Below, piece after piece: positions 32,786 to 48,320 of a stretch of 64,000 nt of DNA; the first letter of the stretch is position 1, and every line of letters starts with the position of its first letter. This stretch comes from Escherichia coli (GTDB lineage: Bacteria > Pseudomonadota > Gammaproteobacteria > Enterobacterales > Enterobacteriaceae), in assembly GCF_036507355.1 (NCBI RefSeq), contig NZ_AP027877.1; one strand, given 5' to 3'. Made by a program: the position numbers and the translations under genes. A model generated the notes under the pieces. That model did not search any database, was not told the DNA's origin, and was given only the letters and a program-made list of their open reading frames with translations.

Positions 32786-32989
32786 ATGCATACCTCCGAG
32801 TTGCTGAAACACATTTATGACATCAACTTGTCATATTTACTACTTGCACAGCGTCTGATTGTTCAGGACAAAGCGTCCGCTATGTTTCGTCTCGGCATAA
32901 ATGAAGAAATGGCGACAACATTAGCGGCACTGACTCTTCCGCAAATGGTTAAGCTGGCAGAAACCAATCCCAGGAGATGCCAAAGCTGA
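32786..32989 (+). pseudogene. flhD: flhD truncated after about 62 codons by a deletion junction
   Basis: Matches FlhD from [19 protein letters not shown] through KLAETN, then reads PRRCQS-stop. Confidence 0.8.
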
Positions 32990-33498
32990 CGGAAGATCTC
33001 GTTCCTGGCGTCGTCACGCTCACCACACTTCATAAAGTGCTGCAAAATCTCCTCGATGAAAAAGTACCGATTCGCGATATGCGCACCATTCTCGAAACGC
33101 TGGCGGAACATGCGCCCATCCAAAGCGATCCACATGAATTAACCGCCGTCGTGCGCGTGGCGTTGGGACGGGCGATTACCCAGCAGTGGTTTCCTGGCAA
33201 AGATGAAGTCCATGTTATTGGCCTCGATACACCGCTGGAACGTTTGTTACTACAGGCGCTGCAGGGCGGGGGCGGACTGGAGCCAGGGTTGGCGGATCGT
33301 TTACTGGCGCAAACTCAGGAAGCGCTATCCCGTCAGGAGATGTTGGGTGCGCCGCCAGTATTGTTGGTGAACCACGCGCTGCGACCATTATTGTCTCGCT
33401 TTCTGCGCCGCAGCTTACCGCAGTTAGTGGTGCTGTCGAATCTGGAACTATCTGATAACCGACATATCCGCATGACGGCGACAATTGGCGGTAAATGA
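32971..33498 (+). pseudogene. flhA: 3' fragment of flhA (C-terminal ~173 codons) fused to the flhD remnant
   Basis: [22 protein letters not shown]...RMTATIGGK matches the FlhA C-terminal cytoplasmic domain; the N-terminal ~500 codons are missing. Confidence 0.8.
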
Positions 33499-33890
33499 TG
33501 AGAACCTTATTAGCAATATTATTGTTTCCGCTGCTGGTGCAAGCCGCCGGGGAGGGGATGTGGCAGGCAAGTAGTGTCGGAATTACGCTAAATCATCGCG
33601 GTGAGTCGATGTCGTCTGCGCCTCTTTCTACGCGACAACCTGCTTCAGGATTGATGACGCTGGTAGCGTGGCGTTATCAGCTTATCGGCCCGACACCTGC
33701 AGGACTGCGGGTTCGCTTGTGTTCGCAATCTCGTTGTGTCGAATTAGAGGGGCAGAGCGGAACCACCGTGGCCTTTTCCGGTATAGCGGCAGCAGAACCG
33801 TTGCGCTTTATCTGGGAAGTGCCTGGCGGTGGGCGGTTAATTCCACCGCTAAAGGTACAACGGAATGAAGTGATTGTGAATTATCGCTGA
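33495..33890 (+). CDS. flhE: Flagellar protein FlhE
   Basis: 131 aa with signal peptide; ATGA overlap with the flhA stop. Confidence 0.85.
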   Translation: MMRTLLAILLFPLLVQAAGEGMWQASSVGITLNHRGESMSSAPLSTRQPASGLMTLVAWRYQLIGPTPAGLRVRLCSQSRCVELEGQSGTTVAFSGIAAAEPLRFIWEVPGGGRLIPPLKVQRNEVIVNYR

Positions 33891-34011
33891 AGGACAAATA
33901 AAAATTACGCGCTCGCGAGCATGTTTAATAACTCAGCGAAAAAGGCTCGATGTTTTGTTGCAATTATTTATCAGGAATAGCTTGCAACAAAACATGCCAA
34001 AAAGATGTGAA

Positions 34012-34500
34012 TTATCCTCTTGTCAAAGGGCTTGGATAAAAATCTTCAGAGTTACGGTATAGCTGCAACTGGCGAGTTCGCGTATTGGTCTGTATGATCA
34101 TACATGATAGCCATTCTGATTCAGAATAAGGGTCACTTAAATCCTGAACATCCTCATTTGAAAGGATTAATTCACATTCTTTGTCCCTAAAATCCAGCCA
34201 GGCTCGTTGTGATTTTTTAAGCAAGTTAAGTTGTTCGGTATCAGGTTTTTTTGCACCTGTGCGTGGCACTTGTTCTATATAACGATAAGCTTCACCATAA
34301 GCTTTATTTAATTGCGCATCGACGAGATTGTATTCTTGTCGCAGACATGATTTGATCACGTTAATGTCAGTATCATCATCTGAATTTTTTTGCCAACAAT
34401 CTTTGATGGCTGAAATGTCATGGTCGTTTACTATAACCGTATCTTCTGCGTAAGCCTGGCAAGAGATAATGCCTAATGTTAATACAAGAAATTTAAACAC
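34012..34500 (-). CDS. yecT: DUF1311 / LprI-like periplasmic protein YecT
   Basis: 162 aa; signal peptide; synteny. Confidence 0.7.
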   Translation of the reverse strand: MFKFLVLTLGIISCQAYAEDTVIVNDHDISAIKDCWQKNSDDDTDINVIKSCLRQEYNLVDAQLNKAYGEAYRYIEQVPRTGAKKPDTEQLNLLKKSQRAWLDFRDKECELILSNEDVQDLSDPYSESEWLSCMIIQTNTRTRQLQLYRNSEDFYPSPLTRG

Positions 34501-34621
34501 TGCGGTATTCCTTAAATTGAACCGTTATCGTTTTCCTGGGCCTGGATATTACGCTTCTGGCCTCTAACTCAACAGTGAGAAAACAATGGCATGTCCGTTT
34601 TCAGAATACATTTAGATGGCA

Positions 34622-34657
34622 ATAAAAAAGCCTGATCGGCTAACCCTGATCAGGCTT
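34622..34657 (-). terminator. Rho-independent terminator downstream of argS
   Basis: On the minus strand: gcctgatcagggttagccgatcaggc followed by a T-run. Confidence 0.6.
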
Positions 34658-34676
34658 CACTCTCACGAAAAATCGA

Positions 34677-36410
34677 TTACATACGCTCTACAGTCTCAAT
34701 ACCCAGCGTATCCAGACCCAGCTTCAGCGTCTTCGCCGTCAGTTGTGCCAGTTTCAGACGGCTGTTACGCACTTCTTCGTTTTCTGCGCTGAGGATCGGG
34801 CAGTGCTCGTAGAAGCCAGAGAACAGACCGGCCAGATCGTACAGGTAAGCACACATTACATGCGGCGTGCCTTCACGGGCAACCACGGTGAGGGTTTCTT
34901 CAAACTGCAGCAGGCGAGCTGCCAGTTGCGCTTCACGATCTTCACGGATGATAACCGGAGCTGCAGCCAGTTGCTCTTCGTCAATTTCTGCTTTACGGAA
35001 CACGGACAATACACGCGTGTATGCATACTGCATGTATGGCGCGGTATTACCCTCAAACGCCAGCATGTTGTCCCAGTCGAAGATGTAGTCCGTGGTGCGG
35101 TTTTTGGAGAGATCCGCATATTTCACCGCACCAATACCAACCGCGTTAGCCAGTTTTTCCAGCTCGTCGGCTGGCATATCCGGGTTCTTTTCTGCCACCA
35201 GACGGCGTGCACGTTCCAGGGCTTCATCCAGCAGGTCTGCCAGTTTCACCGTACCGCCCGCGCGGGTTTTGAACGGTTTGCCGTCTTTGCCCAGCATCAT
35301 GCCGAACATGTGGTGTTCCAGCGGTACGGATTCCGGTACATAGCCTGCTTTACGGACGATCGCCCATGCCTGCATCAGGTGTTGATGCTGACGGGAGTCG
35401 ATGTAATACAGCACGCGATCGGCATGCAGTGTTTCATAACGATATTTCGCACAGGCGATATCAGTGGTGGTGTAGAGATAGCCGCCATCTTTCTTCTGAA
35501 TGATAACGCCCATCGGTTCGCCTTCCTTGTTTTTAAACTCATCAAGGAATACGACGGTCGCCCCTTCGCTTTCTACTGCCAGACCTTTGGCTTTGAGATC
35601 CGCCACAATTCCTGGCAGCATTGGGTTGTAGAGGCTTTCGCCCATCACGTCATCACGGGTCAGCGTCACGTTGAGACGATCGTAAGTGATCTGGTTCTGC
35701 GTCATGGTGATGTCGACCAGTTTGCGCCACATCTCGCGGAAATATTCGTCACCGCTTTGCAGTTTTACCACGTAGTTACGTGCACGCTCGGCAAACTCTT
35801 CATCTTCGTCGTAATGCTTTTTCGCATCGCGGTAGAAACCTTCAAGGTCAGCCAGCTCCATTTCACCGGCGTTTTCCTGCTGCTGCTTTTCCAGCCATGC
35901 AATCAGCATACCGAACTGAGTGCCCCAGTCGCCGACGTGGTTTGCGCGAATCACTTTGTGACCGAGGAACTCCAGAGTACGCACTGCTGCGTCACCAATA
36001 ATGGTAGAGCGCAGGTGACCGACGTGCATCTCTTTCGCCACGTTTGGCGCAGAGTAGTCAACCACAATGGTCTGTTTTTCTGGCGTAGCAACACCGAGAC
36101 GATCGGACGCCAGCGCCTGCTGAACATGTTCAGCCAGGAATGCCGGATCAAGGAAAATGTTGATAAAGCCTGGACCGGCGATCTCAACTTTGCTGGCGAT
36201 ACCGTTAAGATCCAGATGAGTCAGCACCTGCTCTGCTAATTGTCGCGGTGCCATACCCAGTTTTTTAGCAACTGCCATCATGCCGTTAGCCTGATAGTCG
36301 CCGAACTGAACTTTTGCTGACTGACGAACCTGCGGTTCGCAATCCGCAGGCGCGCCTGCCGCAATCATGGCCTGACGGACTTTTTCTGAGAGAAGAGCCT
36401 GAATATTCAC
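34677..36410 (-). CDS. argS: Arginine--tRNA ligase
   Basis: 577 aa; class I HIGH signature (HVGHLRS). Confidence 0.95.
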   Translation of the reverse strand: MNIQALLSEKVRQAMIAAGAPADCEPQVRQSAKVQFGDYQANGMMAVAKKLGMAPRQLAEQVLTHLDLNGIASKVEIAGPGFINIFLDPAFLAEHVQQALASDRLGVATPEKQTIVVDYSAPNVAKEMHVGHLRSTIIGDAAVRTLEFLGHKVIRANHVGDWGTQFGMLIAWLEKQQQENAGEMELADLEGFYRDAKKHYDEDEEFAERARNYVVKLQSGDEYFREMWRKLVDITMTQNQITYDRLNVTLTRDDVMGESLYNPMLPGIVADLKAKGLAVESEGATVVFLDEFKNKEGEPMGVIIQKKDGGYLYTTTDIACAKYRYETLHADRVLYYIDSRQHQHLMQAWAIVRKAGYVPESVPLEHHMFGMMLGKDGKPFKTRAGGTVKLADLLDEALERARRLVAEKNPDMPADELEKLANAVGIGAVKYADLSKNRTTDYIFDWDNMLAFEGNTAPYMQYAYTRVLSVFRKAEIDEEQLAAAPVIIREDREAQLAARLLQFEETLTVVAREGTPHVMCAYLYDLAGLFSGFYEHCPILSAENEEVRNSRLKLAQLTAKTLKLGLDTLGIETVERM

Positions 36411-36625
36411 CGGAATACCTTACATTGATGAAGCGAGCAAAAATTGCCCGCACCAGTTAAAGAAATTAGGGCGGGAGTATACTGCAAATGGCTGTTTTCG
36501 TCAGCAACGTGCGCGTGGCGTATTGCCGTTTTCACTATTGCATCAGAAGCGGCGTGAAATCAGCGGTTGGTTGGCACAGGGCAACAGGGTAAATTAACGC
36601 TTTTACTGAAAGACGAAGAGTGATT

Positions 36626-37192
36626 ATGGCGAACTGGCAATCTATCGACGAGCTGCAGGATATTGCATCGGATTTACCGCGATTTACCCACGCATTAGAT
36701 GAACTTTCCCGCCGTCTGGGGTTAAATATCACTCCGCTGACTGCCGATCACATTTCTTTGCGTTGCCATCAAAACGCCACTGCTGAACGCTGGCGTCGCG
36801 GGTTTGAACAGTGTGGCGAGCTTTTGTCAGAAAATATGATCAATGGCAGACCGATTTGTCTGTTTAAATTGCATGAACCGGTACAGGTTGCTCACTGGCA
36901 GTTTTCCATTGTGGAGCTACCGTGGCCCGGGGAAAAACGTTACCCACACGAAGGTTGGGAACATATTGAAATCGTTCTGCCGGGTGATCCAGAAACGCTG
37001 AATGCCCGTGCGCTGGCATTGCTTTCTGATGAAGGACTCAGCCTACCGGGGATCTCAGTGAAAACCAGTTCGCCAAAAGGTGAGCATGAGCGATTACCGA
37101 ATCCGACGCTGGCGGTCACCGATGGCAAAACAACTATTAAGTTTCATCCGTGGTCCATTGAAGAGATCGTTGCCAGCGAGCAGTCGGCGTAA
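36626..37192 (+). CDS. yecM: VOC-family protein YecM
   Basis: Start at MANWQSIDEL; synteny. Confidence 0.8.
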   Translation: MANWQSIDELQDIASDLPRFTHALDELSRRLGLNITPLTADHISLRCHQNATAERWRRGFEQCGELLSENMINGRPICLFKLHEPVQVAHWQFSIVELPWPGEKRYPHEGWEHIEIVLPGDPETLNARALALLSDEGLSLPGISVKTSSPKGEHERLPNPTLAVTDGKTTIKFHPWSIEEIVASEQSA

Positions 37193-37196
37193 TTAA

Positions 37197-37952
<756 letters not shown>

Positions 37953-37998
37953 TTTTTACCGTTGCATCATGTCGCCCAATATGATGCTTGCTCGTACC

Positions 37999-38031
37999 AG
38001 GCCCCTGCAATTTCAACAGGGGCCTTTTTTT
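37999..38031 (+). terminator. Rho-independent terminator after cutC
   Basis: aggcccctg caatttcaa caggggcct followed by a T-run. Confidence 0.65.
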
Positions 38032-38339
38032 ATCCCTGAGCAGTATAAAAAACGAACGATTACCGTGATCTGTTGAGCGGGTGACAGTGAACATAGCGTT
38101 GTGCTAAAAATATTTTATATATTCACATTAATTATGGGATTTAAATTACTAAAACTGATAAATATATATTCTAAATAGCAACTGGGTTATTCCTTAGCAA
38201 TTAATGATTACATTGTAATAAATCATATTCTTTATCGATTATTTCAGGCAGTGTTGTGCCTAATTATGCAAGCGGTTAATTCATTGTATATTTAATTATA
38301 CAATGATTTCGGTGTCCAGTAATTTAATTAGAGGAATCT

Positions 38340-39440
38340 ATGCGAGGGAAAAAACACATTGGGTTATTGTTTTTGCTGATAGCGGTTGTGGTTGGTGGCG
38401 GCGGGTTATTGCTGGCGCAAAAAGCCTTACATAAAACGTCGGATACAGCATTTTGCCTTTCCTGCCACTCGATGAGTAAACCTTTTGAGGAATATCAGGG
38501 AACTGTCCACTTTTCGAACCAGAAAGGGATACGTGCGGAATGTGCCGATTGCCATATTCCAAAGTCAGGGATGGATTATTTATTTGCTAAATTAAAGGCA
38601 TCTAAAGATATTTATCATGAATTTGTTAGCGGCAAAATAGACAGTGATGATAAGTTCGAAGCTCATCGCCAGGAAATGGCCGAAACAGTATGGAAAGAAT
38701 TAAAGGCAACTGACTCTGCAACCTGCCGTAGTTGCCATTCTTTTGATGCTATGGATATTGCCTCGCAAAGTGAATCTGCGCAGAAAATGCATAACAAAGC
38801 GCAAAAGGACGGCGAAACCTGTATCGATTGTCATAAAGGCATTGCCCATTTTCCGCCAGAAATAAAAATGGATGACAACGCGGCGCATGAGCTGGAAAGT
38901 CAGGCCGCTACTTCAGTGACTAATGGCGCACATATTTATCCTTTCAAAACTTCTCGCATAGGCGAGCTGGCTACCGTGAATCCTGGTACCGATCTCACCG
39001 TCGTTGATGCCAGTGGCAAACAGCCGATCGTTCTGTTGCAGGGTTATCAAATGCAGGGCAGTGAAAACACGCTCTACCTGGCGGCAGGTCAACGGCTGGC
39101 GCTAGCCACATTAAGTGAAGAAGGTATCAAGGCGCTCACGGTAAACGGGGAATGGCAGGCTGACGAATACGGCAATCAATGGCGTCAGGCGTCTTTACAG
39201 GGTGCGCTTACCGATCCCGCATTAGCGGACCGTAAACCGCTATGGCAATACGCTGAAAAACTTGACGATACCTATTGCGCTGGTTGTCATGCCCCTATTG
39301 CCGCCGACCATTACACCGTCAATGCGTGGCCGTCCATTGCCAAAGGAATGGGGGCACGAGCCAGCATGAGCGAAAACGAACTGGACATTTTAACGCGGTA
39401 TTTCCAGTACAACGCCAAAGATATTACCGAGAAACAGTGA
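38340..39440 (+). CDS. torY: NapC/NirT-family tetraheme cytochrome c of the TorYZ system
   Basis: Multiple CxxCH heme motifs (CLSCH, CADCH, CRSCH, CIDCH, CAGCH); N-terminal membrane anchor. Confidence 0.85.
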   Translation: MRGKKHIGLLFLLIAVVVGGGGLLLAQKALHKTSDTAFCLSCHSMSKPFEEYQGTVHFSNQKGIRAECADCHIPKSGMDYLFAKLKASKDIYHEFVSGKIDSDDKFEAHRQEMAETVWKELKATDSATCRSCHSFDAMDIASQSESAQKMHNKAQKDGETCIDCHKGIAHFPPEIKMDDNAAHELESQAATSVTNGAHIYPFKTSRIGELATVNPGTDLTVVDASGKQPIVLLQGYQMQGSENTLYLAAGQRLALATLSEEGIKALTVNGEWQADEYGNQWRQASLQGALTDPALADRKPLWQYAEKLDDTYCAGCHAPIAADHYTVNAWPSIAKGMGARASMSENELDILTRYFQYNAKDITEKQ

Positions 39441-39464
39441 TCCTCGTTGATCAGGGAGGAAGTT

Positions 39465-41894
39465 ATGACATTAACAAGACGTGAATTTATTAAACACAGC
39501 GGTATTGCCGCTGGAGCGCTGGTGGTGACATCGGCAGCACCGCTACCCGCATGGGCTGAAGAGAAGGGCGGTAAAATCCTCTCCGCGGGACGTTGGGGAG
39601 CGATGAACGTAGAAGTGAAGGACGGCAAGATTGTTTCTTCGACAGGCGCGCTGGCGAAAACCATACCGAACTCCTTACAGTCTACGGCGGCGGATCAGGT
39701 ACACACCACGGCGCGTATTCAGCATCCGATAGTGAGAAAAAGCTATCTCGATAATCCACTGCAACCGGCGAAAGGTCGAGGCGAAGATACCTATGTACAG
39801 GTGAGCTGGGAACAAGCATTAAAACTGATTCATGAACAACACGATCGTATTCGTAAAGCTAACGGACCATCGGCCATTTTTGCCGGATCTTACGGCTGGC
39901 GCTCTTCTGGCGTGTTGCATAAAGCGCAAACCTTACTGCAACGTTATATGAACCTGGCGGGCGGTTATTCCGGGCATAGCGGCGATTATTCAACCGGGGC
40001 AGCACAGGTGATCATGCCGCATGTGGTCGGTTCTGTAGAGGTGTATGAACAGCAGACCTCCTGGCCGCTGATTCTGGAAAACAGCCAGGTTGTGGTGCTG
40101 TGGGGAATGAACCCGCTGAATACCTTAAAAATTGCCTGGAGCAGTACCGATGAGCAAGGGCTGGAATACTTCCATCAGCTGAAAAAATCTGGCAAACCAG
40201 TGATTGCCATTGATCCTATCCGCTCCGAAACCATCGAATTCTTGGGCGATAATGCCACCTGGATCGCGCCGAATATGGGCACCGACGTGGCACTGATGTT
40301 AGGGATTGCGCATACCCTGATGACACAAGGCAAACACGATAAAGTGTTCCTTGAAAAATACACTACCGGGTATCCGCAGTTTGAAGAGTATCTGACAGGT
40401 AAGAGCGATAATACGCCGAAGAGCGCGGTCTGGGCGGCGGAAATTACTGGCGTACCGGAAGCGCAGATAGTCAAACTCGCTGAACTGATGGCGGCGAATC
40501 GCACAATGCTGATGGCAGGCTGGGGAATTCAGCGCCAGCAATATGGTGAACAGAAACACTGGATGCTGGTGACGCTGGCGGCGATGTTAGGGCAGATTGG
40601 TACACCGGGCGGCGGTTTTGGTTTCTCTTATCATTACTCCAACGGTGGCAACCCGACGCGTGTTGGCGGCGTGCTGCCGGAAATGTCTGCGGCGATTGCC
40701 GGACAGGCCAGCGAGGCCGCTGATGATGGCGGAATGACGGCGATTCCTGTTGCCCGTATCGTCGATGCGCTGGAAAATCCTGGTGGCAAATATCAGCATA
40801 ACGGTAAAGAACAAACGTATCCGAATATCAAAATGATCTGGTGGGCGGGTGGCGGTAACTTTACCCATCACCAGGATACTAATCGTCTGATCAAAGCATG
40901 GCAGAAACCGGAGATGATCGTCGTTTCTGAATGCTACTGGACCGCAGCTGCTAAACATGCAGATATCGTATTACCGATCACCACATCGTTTGAGCGCAAT
41001 GACTTGACGATGACCGGTGATTACAGCAACCAGCATATTGTACCGATGAAGCAGGCTGTTGCTCCGCAATTTGAAGCGCGTAACGATTTTGACGTGTTTG
41101 CCGATCTTGCGGAATTACTCAAACCTGGCGGAAAAGAGATCTATACCGAAGGTAAAGATGAAATGGCGTGGCTGAAATTTTTCTATGATGCCGCTCAGAA
41201 AGGTGCCCGTGCGCAACGCGTCACTATGCCAATGTTTAATGCCTTCTGGCAGCAAAATAAACTGATCGAAATGCGCCGCAGCGAGAAGAACGAACAGTAC
41301 GTTCGTTATGGTGATTTCCGCGCCGATCCGGTGAAAAATGCGCTGGGTACGCCAAGCGGCAAAATTGAGATTTACTCCAAAACGCTGGAAAAATTTGGCT
41401 ATAAGGATTGCCCGGCACACCCAACCTGGCTTGCGCCTGATGAGTGGAAGGGTACTGCCGACGAGAAGCAGTTACAGCTTCTGACCGCACATCCGGCACA
41501 CCGTTTACACAGTCAGCTTAACTATGCGGAACTGCGTAAAAAATATGCGGTTGCCGATCGTGAACCAATTACTATTCACACCGAAGATGCTGCTCGCTTT
41601 GGTATTGCGAATGGTGATCTGGTGCGTGTCTGGAACAAACGTGGTCAGATTCTGACAGGTGCGGTGGTGACTGACGGGATCAAAAAAGGCGTGGTATGCG
41701 TGCATGAAGGTGCATGGCCAGATCTGGAAAATGGCTTGTGTAAAAACGGCAGTGCGAACGTGTTAACGGCGGATATCCCCAGCTCGCAGCTGGCAAATGC
41801 CTGTGCCGGTAACTCAGCGTTGGTGTATATCGAAAAATATACGGGCAATGCACCGAAGTTAACGGCGTTTGATCAGCCAGCTGTTCAGGCGTAA
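39465..41894 (+). CDS. torZ: Molybdoenzyme TMAO/biotin-sulfoxide reductase TorZ
   Basis: Tat signal [21 protein letters not shown] with SD agggagg; ~809 aa. Confidence 0.9.
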   Translation: MTLTRREFIKHSGIAAGALVVTSAAPLPAWAEEKGGKILSAGRWGAMNVEVKDGKIVSSTGALAKTIPNSLQSTAADQVHTTARIQHPIVRKSYLDNPLQPAKGRGEDTYVQVSWEQALKLIHEQHDRIRKANGPSAIFAGSYGWRSSGVLHKAQTLLQRYMNLAGGYSGHSGDYSTGAAQVIMPHVVGSVEVYEQQTSWPLILENSQVVVLWGMNPLNTLKIAWSSTDEQGLEYFHQLKKSGKPVIAIDPIRSETIEFLGDNATWIAPNMGTDVALMLGIAHTLMTQGKHDKVFLEKYTTGYPQFEEYLTGKSDNTPKSAVWAAEITGVPEAQIVKLAELMAANRTMLMAGWGIQRQQYGEQKHWMLVTLAAMLGQIGTPGGGFGFSYHYSNGGNPTRVGGVLPEMSAAIAGQASEAADDGGMTAIPVARIVDALENPGGKYQHNGKEQTYPNIKMIWWAGGGNFTHHQDTNRLIKAWQKPEMIVVSECYWTAAAKHADIVLPITTSFERNDLTMTGDYSNQHIVPMKQAVAPQFEARNDFDVFADLAELLKPGGKEIYTEGKDEMAWLKFFYDAAQKGARAQRVTMPMFNAFWQQNKLIEMRRSEKNEQYVRYGDFRADPVKNALGTPSGKIEIYSKTLEKFGYKDCPAHPTWLAPDEWKGTADEKQLQLLTAHPAHRLHSQLNYAELRKKYAVADREPITIHTEDAARFGIANGDLVRVWNKRGQILTGAVVTDGIKKGVVCVHEGAWPDLENGLCKNGSANVLTADIPSSQLANACAGNSALVYIEKYTGNAPKLTAFDQPAVQA

Positions 41895-41943
41895 GAAGTG
41901 AATAGCGCCCGGAAACGGGCGCTGAGGTTATGCAAACGTAAAG

Positions 41944-42045
41944 CTGCCTGATGCGCTATGCTTATCAGGCCTACATAGTCCCTGCAATATATTGAATTAG
42001 CAAGGTCTTGTAGGCCGGATAAGGCGTTCACGCCGCATCCGGCAG
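41944..42045. repeat. REP/BIME repetitive extragenic palindromes between torZ and cmoB
   Basis: gcctgatgcg...cttatcaggc and taggccggataaggcg...ccgcatccggca units. Confidence 0.55.
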
Positions 42046-42058
42046 TAATACCAGACCT

Positions 42059-44206
<2,148 letters not shown>

Positions 44207-44258
44207 ACAAACTCCCTTTAAAATGGCCGATGGCACCTGTCTATGATAGGTGGCAAAT

Positions 44259-45077
44259 TCAGAAAAGAGAAGATTGCTGTGGAATAGCCGGAACTGCTCC
44301 GATCTCTGGAAGCGTTTTACGTAAGTCTTCCCACAGGGTATGTACCAGTTCCGGTGCCTGGGCAATGTCTGGCGTATGTAAAAAAAGATAAGGCGTAGTG
44401 GTCTGATGCCACTGCGCTAATTTCTGTAACCAGACCTGAAATAATTCCCGGTTTTGCGTCATATCATCACTACCGATAAAACGGATCAGCGGATTTGTCG
44501 CCGTCAGTACAGCATGTACCGGAACTTTAGGTTTTTTTCGTTGAGCGTCGCGAATAGCTTCACTGTGTGGACGTGCTGCATGAACTGGGCGGCTGTCTAA
44601 AATCACCCGATTAACGCCGCGCTGATGTAAACCGCGATTAAGCGTTTGTTCCTCTTCCCCTTTGGCGAAAAACTGTGGATGGCGGACTTCCACACCATAA
44701 TTAAATTCGCCAGGGAGAGAATCGAGAAAATGCCAAAGCGCAGGCAGCTCCCGTGGGCCGAATGTGGCAGGCAGTTGCAGCCAGTATTGCCCAATGCGCG
44801 GAGCCAACGGTGACATGCGGGTCAAAAATTCAGTCACTAAATCATCGCAATGTCGTAATGCTGCCTGATGCGAAATGGTCGCCGGAAACTTAAAACAGAA
44901 GCGGAAGTCATCTGTGGTCTGTTCACGCCAGCGCAGGACAACCTCGGGTTTCGGCAGGGCGTAAAGCGTGGTGTTGCCCTCCACGCAGTTAAAGTGGCGG
45001 GCATACTCTTCAAGGCTGGTGATCCCCAACCGCACCCATTTAGGATGCGACCATTGCGGTAGACCGATGTAAATCAT
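44259..45077 (-). CDS. yecE: DUF72-family protein YecE
   Basis: 272 aa; synteny. Confidence 0.8.
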
Positions 45078-45640
45078 AACGCGTTGAGGATCTCTTCCAC
45101 GCTACGCACACGGGCGATGCGCGGGTAGATATGGTTGATGCTGTTATTGTGCTGCTCGGCGCTGGCGGCACTACAGGCGTCTTCGGCAATCACCAGATTA
45201 AAGCCAAGTTCCCAGGCATTGCGGGCGGTGGATTCAACACCGATATTGGTCGAGATCCCACATAACACTATTGTATCGATACCTCGGCGGCGTAATTGCA
45301 ACTCCAGATCCGTACCGTAAAACGCACCCCACTGACGTTTGATGATTTCGATATCACTGTCAGTTGCACCTAATGCAGCTGGATGTTGCCACCAGTTTTC
45401 GGGCAACACTTTAGCGGGGGAGGGGGCATCAACCGGCTGTTTTAATGCTTCGGCGTAATCGGCAGACCAGCCAACTCGCACCAGAAACACGGGCTGACCG
45501 CTGGCGCGAAATTTCGCCGCCAGCTTCCCGGCGCGATTAACTACCTCATCGGCAGTATGTGGACCACCGGCAAAAGGTAAGATGCCTTCTTGTAAATCGA
45601 TCACCACCAGCGCAGTGGTTTTAGCATTAAGTTCAAGCAT
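45074..45640 (-). CDS. yecD: Isochorismatase-family hydrolase YecD
   Basis: Start at [17 protein letters not shown]; 188 aa. Confidence 0.8.
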
Positions 45641-45949
45641 AATGACTCCTGAAAAAACAAAATCGTGCCTCACACCTTAATGCGATTAGCCGATGGCGGA
45701 ACGACAAATTTTGTTAATTTTTATGAGTTCGGGCAACACCTTTATAGCAAACTGGCGTAGAGTCTGATTTCAGGCCCGATATAAAGTGGTAACGAGGCGT
45801 TCCAGCGCGGGCCAGGCTCTTACGGTGCGGCAGAATTTCCAGTATAATAGCCGCCTTTTTTCATTCAGTTGTGACATACAGCTAACGCTGCGACTTGGTC
45901 ACCTGCGCAGCAGGGGGCATCCGCCGGCAGCTAAGTTAAGGGATATCTC

Positions 45950-47722
45950 ATGCGTACAGAATATTGTGGACAGCTCCGTTTGTCCCACGTGGGGCAGCAG
46001 GTGACTCTGTGTGGTTGGGTCAACCGTCGTCGTGATCTTGGTAGCCTGATCTTCATCGATATGCGCGACCGCGAAGGTATCGTGCAGGTATTTTTCGATC
46101 CGGATCGTGCGGACGCGTTAAAGCTGGCCTCTGAACTGCGTAATGAGTTCTGCATTCAGGTCACGGGCACCGTACGTGCGCGTGACGAAAAAAATATTAA
46201 CCGCGATATGGCGACCGGAGAAATCGAAGTGCTGGCGTCCTCGCTGACTATCATCAACCGCGCAGATGTTCTGCCGCTTGACTCTAACCACGTCAACACC
46301 GAAGAAGCGCGTCTGAAATACCGCTACCTCGACCTGCGTCGCCCGGAAATGGCTCAGCGCCTGAAAACCCGCGCTAAAATCACCAGCCTGGTGCGCCGTT
46401 TTATGGATGACCACGGCTTCCTCGACATCGAAACTCCGATGCTGACCAAAGCCACGCCGGAAGGCGCGCGTGACTACCTGGTGCCTTCTCGTGTGCACAA
46501 AGGTAAATTCTACGCACTGCCGCAATCCCCACAGTTGTTCAAACAGCTGCTGATGATGTCCGGCTTTGACCGCTACTATCAGATCGTTAAATGCTTCCGT
46601 GACGAAGACCTGCGCGCTGATCGTCAGCCTGAATTTACTCAGATCGATGTGGAAACTTCTTTCATGACCGCGCCGCAAGTGCGTGAAGTGATGGAAGCGC
46701 TGGTGCGCCATCTGTGGCTGGAAGTGAAGGGCGTGGATCTGGGCGATTTCCCGGTAATGACCTTTGCGGAAGCCGAACGCCGTTATGGTTCTGATAAACC
46801 GGATCTGCGTAACCCGATGGAACTGACCGACGTTGCTGATCTGCTGAAATCTGTTGAGTTTGCAGTATTTGCAGGTCCGGCGAACGATCCGAAAGGTCGC
46901 GTTGCCGCTCTGCGTGTTCCGGGTGGCGCATCGCTGACCCGTAAGCAGATCGACGAATACGGTAACTTCGTTAAAATCTACGGCGCGAAAGGTCTGGCTT
47001 ACATCAAAGTTAACGAACGCGCGAAAGGTCTGGAAGGTATCAACAGCCCGGTAGCGAAGTTCCTTAATGCTGAAATCATCGAAGCCATCCTGGATCGTAC
47101 TGCCGCGCAAGATGGCGATATGATTTTCTTCGGTGCCGACAACAAGAAAATTGTTGCCGACGCGATGGGCGCACTGCGCCTGAAAGTGGGTAAAGACCTT
47201 GGTCTGACCGACGAAAGCAAATGGGCACCGCTGTGGGTTATCGACTTCCCGATGTTTGAAGACGACGGTGAAGGCGGCCTGACGGCAATGCACCATCCGT
47301 TCACCTCACCGAAAGACATGACGGCTGCAGAGCTGAAAGCTGCACCGGAAAATGCGGTGGCGAACGCTTACGATATGGTCATCAATGGTTACGAAGTGGG
47401 CGGTGGTTCAGTACGTATCCATAATGGTGATATGCAGCAGACGGTGTTTGGTATTCTGGGTATCAACGAAGAGGAACAGCGCGAGAAATTCGGCTTCCTG
47501 CTCGACGCTCTGAAATACGGTACTCCGCCGCACGCAGGTCTGGCATTCGGTCTTGACCGTCTGACCATGCTGCTGACCGGCACCGACAATATCCGTGACG
47601 TTATCGCCTTCCCGAAAACCACGGCGGCAGCGTGTCTGATGACTGAAGCTCCGAGCTTTGCTAACCCGGCTGCACTGGCTGAGCTGAGCATTCAGGTTGT
47701 GAAGAAGGCTGAGAATAACTGA
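45950..47722 (+). CDS. aspS: Aspartate--tRNA ligase
   Basis: 590 aa; class II aaRS. Confidence 0.95.
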   Translation: MRTEYCGQLRLSHVGQQVTLCGWVNRRRDLGSLIFIDMRDREGIVQVFFDPDRADALKLASELRNEFCIQVTGTVRARDEKNINRDMATGEIEVLASSLTIINRADVLPLDSNHVNTEEARLKYRYLDLRRPEMAQRLKTRAKITSLVRRFMDDHGFLDIETPMLTKATPEGARDYLVPSRVHKGKFYALPQSPQLFKQLLMMSGFDRYYQIVKCFRDEDLRADRQPEFTQIDVETSFMTAPQVREVMEALVRHLWLEVKGVDLGDFPVMTFAEAERRYGSDKPDLRNPMELTDVADLLKSVEFAVFAGPANDPKGRVAALRVPGGASLTRKQIDEYGNFVKIYGAKGLAYIKVNERAKGLEGINSPVAKFLNAEIIEAILDRTAAQDGDMIFFGADNKKIVADAMGALRLKVGKDLGLTDESKWAPLWVIDFPMFEDDGEGGLTAMHHPFTSPKDMTAAELKAAPENAVANAYDMVINGYEVGGGSVRIHNGDMQQTVFGILGINEEEQREKFGFLLDALKYGTPPHAGLAFGLDRLTMLLTGTDNIRDVIAFPKTTAAACLMTEAPSFANPAALAELSIQVVKKAENN

Positions 47723-47839
47723 TATGACTCAAATACACGAAATCATTCGCGTTGCATCGAGGCGGCAACTGAGTGAACTCCCATGAGCATAGATAACTAT
47801 GTGAATGGGATGAGCGAAGGCAGTCAACGAAGAGGCAGC

Positions 47840-48292
47840 GTGAAGGATAAAGTGTATAAGCGTCCCGTTTCGATCTTAGTGGTCATCTACGCACAAGATA
47901 CGAAACGGGTGCTGATGTTGCAGCGGCGTGATGACCCCGATTTCTGGCAGTCGGTAACCGGCAGCGTGGAAGAGGGTGAAACCGCGCCGCAAGCTGCCAT
48001 GCGCGAAGTAAAGGAAGAGGTCACCATTGATGTTGTCGCTGAACAACTGACCTTAATTGACTGTCAGCGCACGGTAGAGTTTGAAATTTTTTCACATTTA
48101 CGTCATCGCTATGCGCCGGGCGTGACGCGTAATACGGAATCATGGTTCTGTCTTGCGCTTCCGCACGAGCGGCAGATCGTTTTCACTGAACATCTGGCTT
48201 ACAAGTGGCTTGATGCGCCTGCTGCGGCGGCGCTCACTAAGTCCTGGAGCAACCGGCAGGCGATTGAACAGTTTGTAATTAACGCTGCCTGA
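47840..48292 (+). CDS. nudB: Dihydroneopterin triphosphate diphosphatase (Nudix)
   Basis: GTG start at (M)[10 protein letters not shown]; Nudix box [20 protein letters not shown]. Confidence 0.85.
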
Positions 48293-48320
48293 ACAGGCAG
48301 GGCTATCTGGAGATATTTTT

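Noticed and set aside
32960-32980. Insertion sequence at the flhD-flhA junction
   Set aside because: The flhD remnant is joined directly to flhA sequence with no intervening foreign DNA, inverted repeats or transposase ORF, so this is a simple deletion.
34743-36239. 498-aa plus-strand ORF antisense to argS
   Set aside because: Lies entirely inside argS on the opposite strand, with no start context and unusual composition; argS is unambiguous, so this is a shadow ORF.
46118-47296. 392-aa minus-strand ORF antisense to aspS
   Set aside because: Shadow ORF inside a highly conserved aaRS gene.
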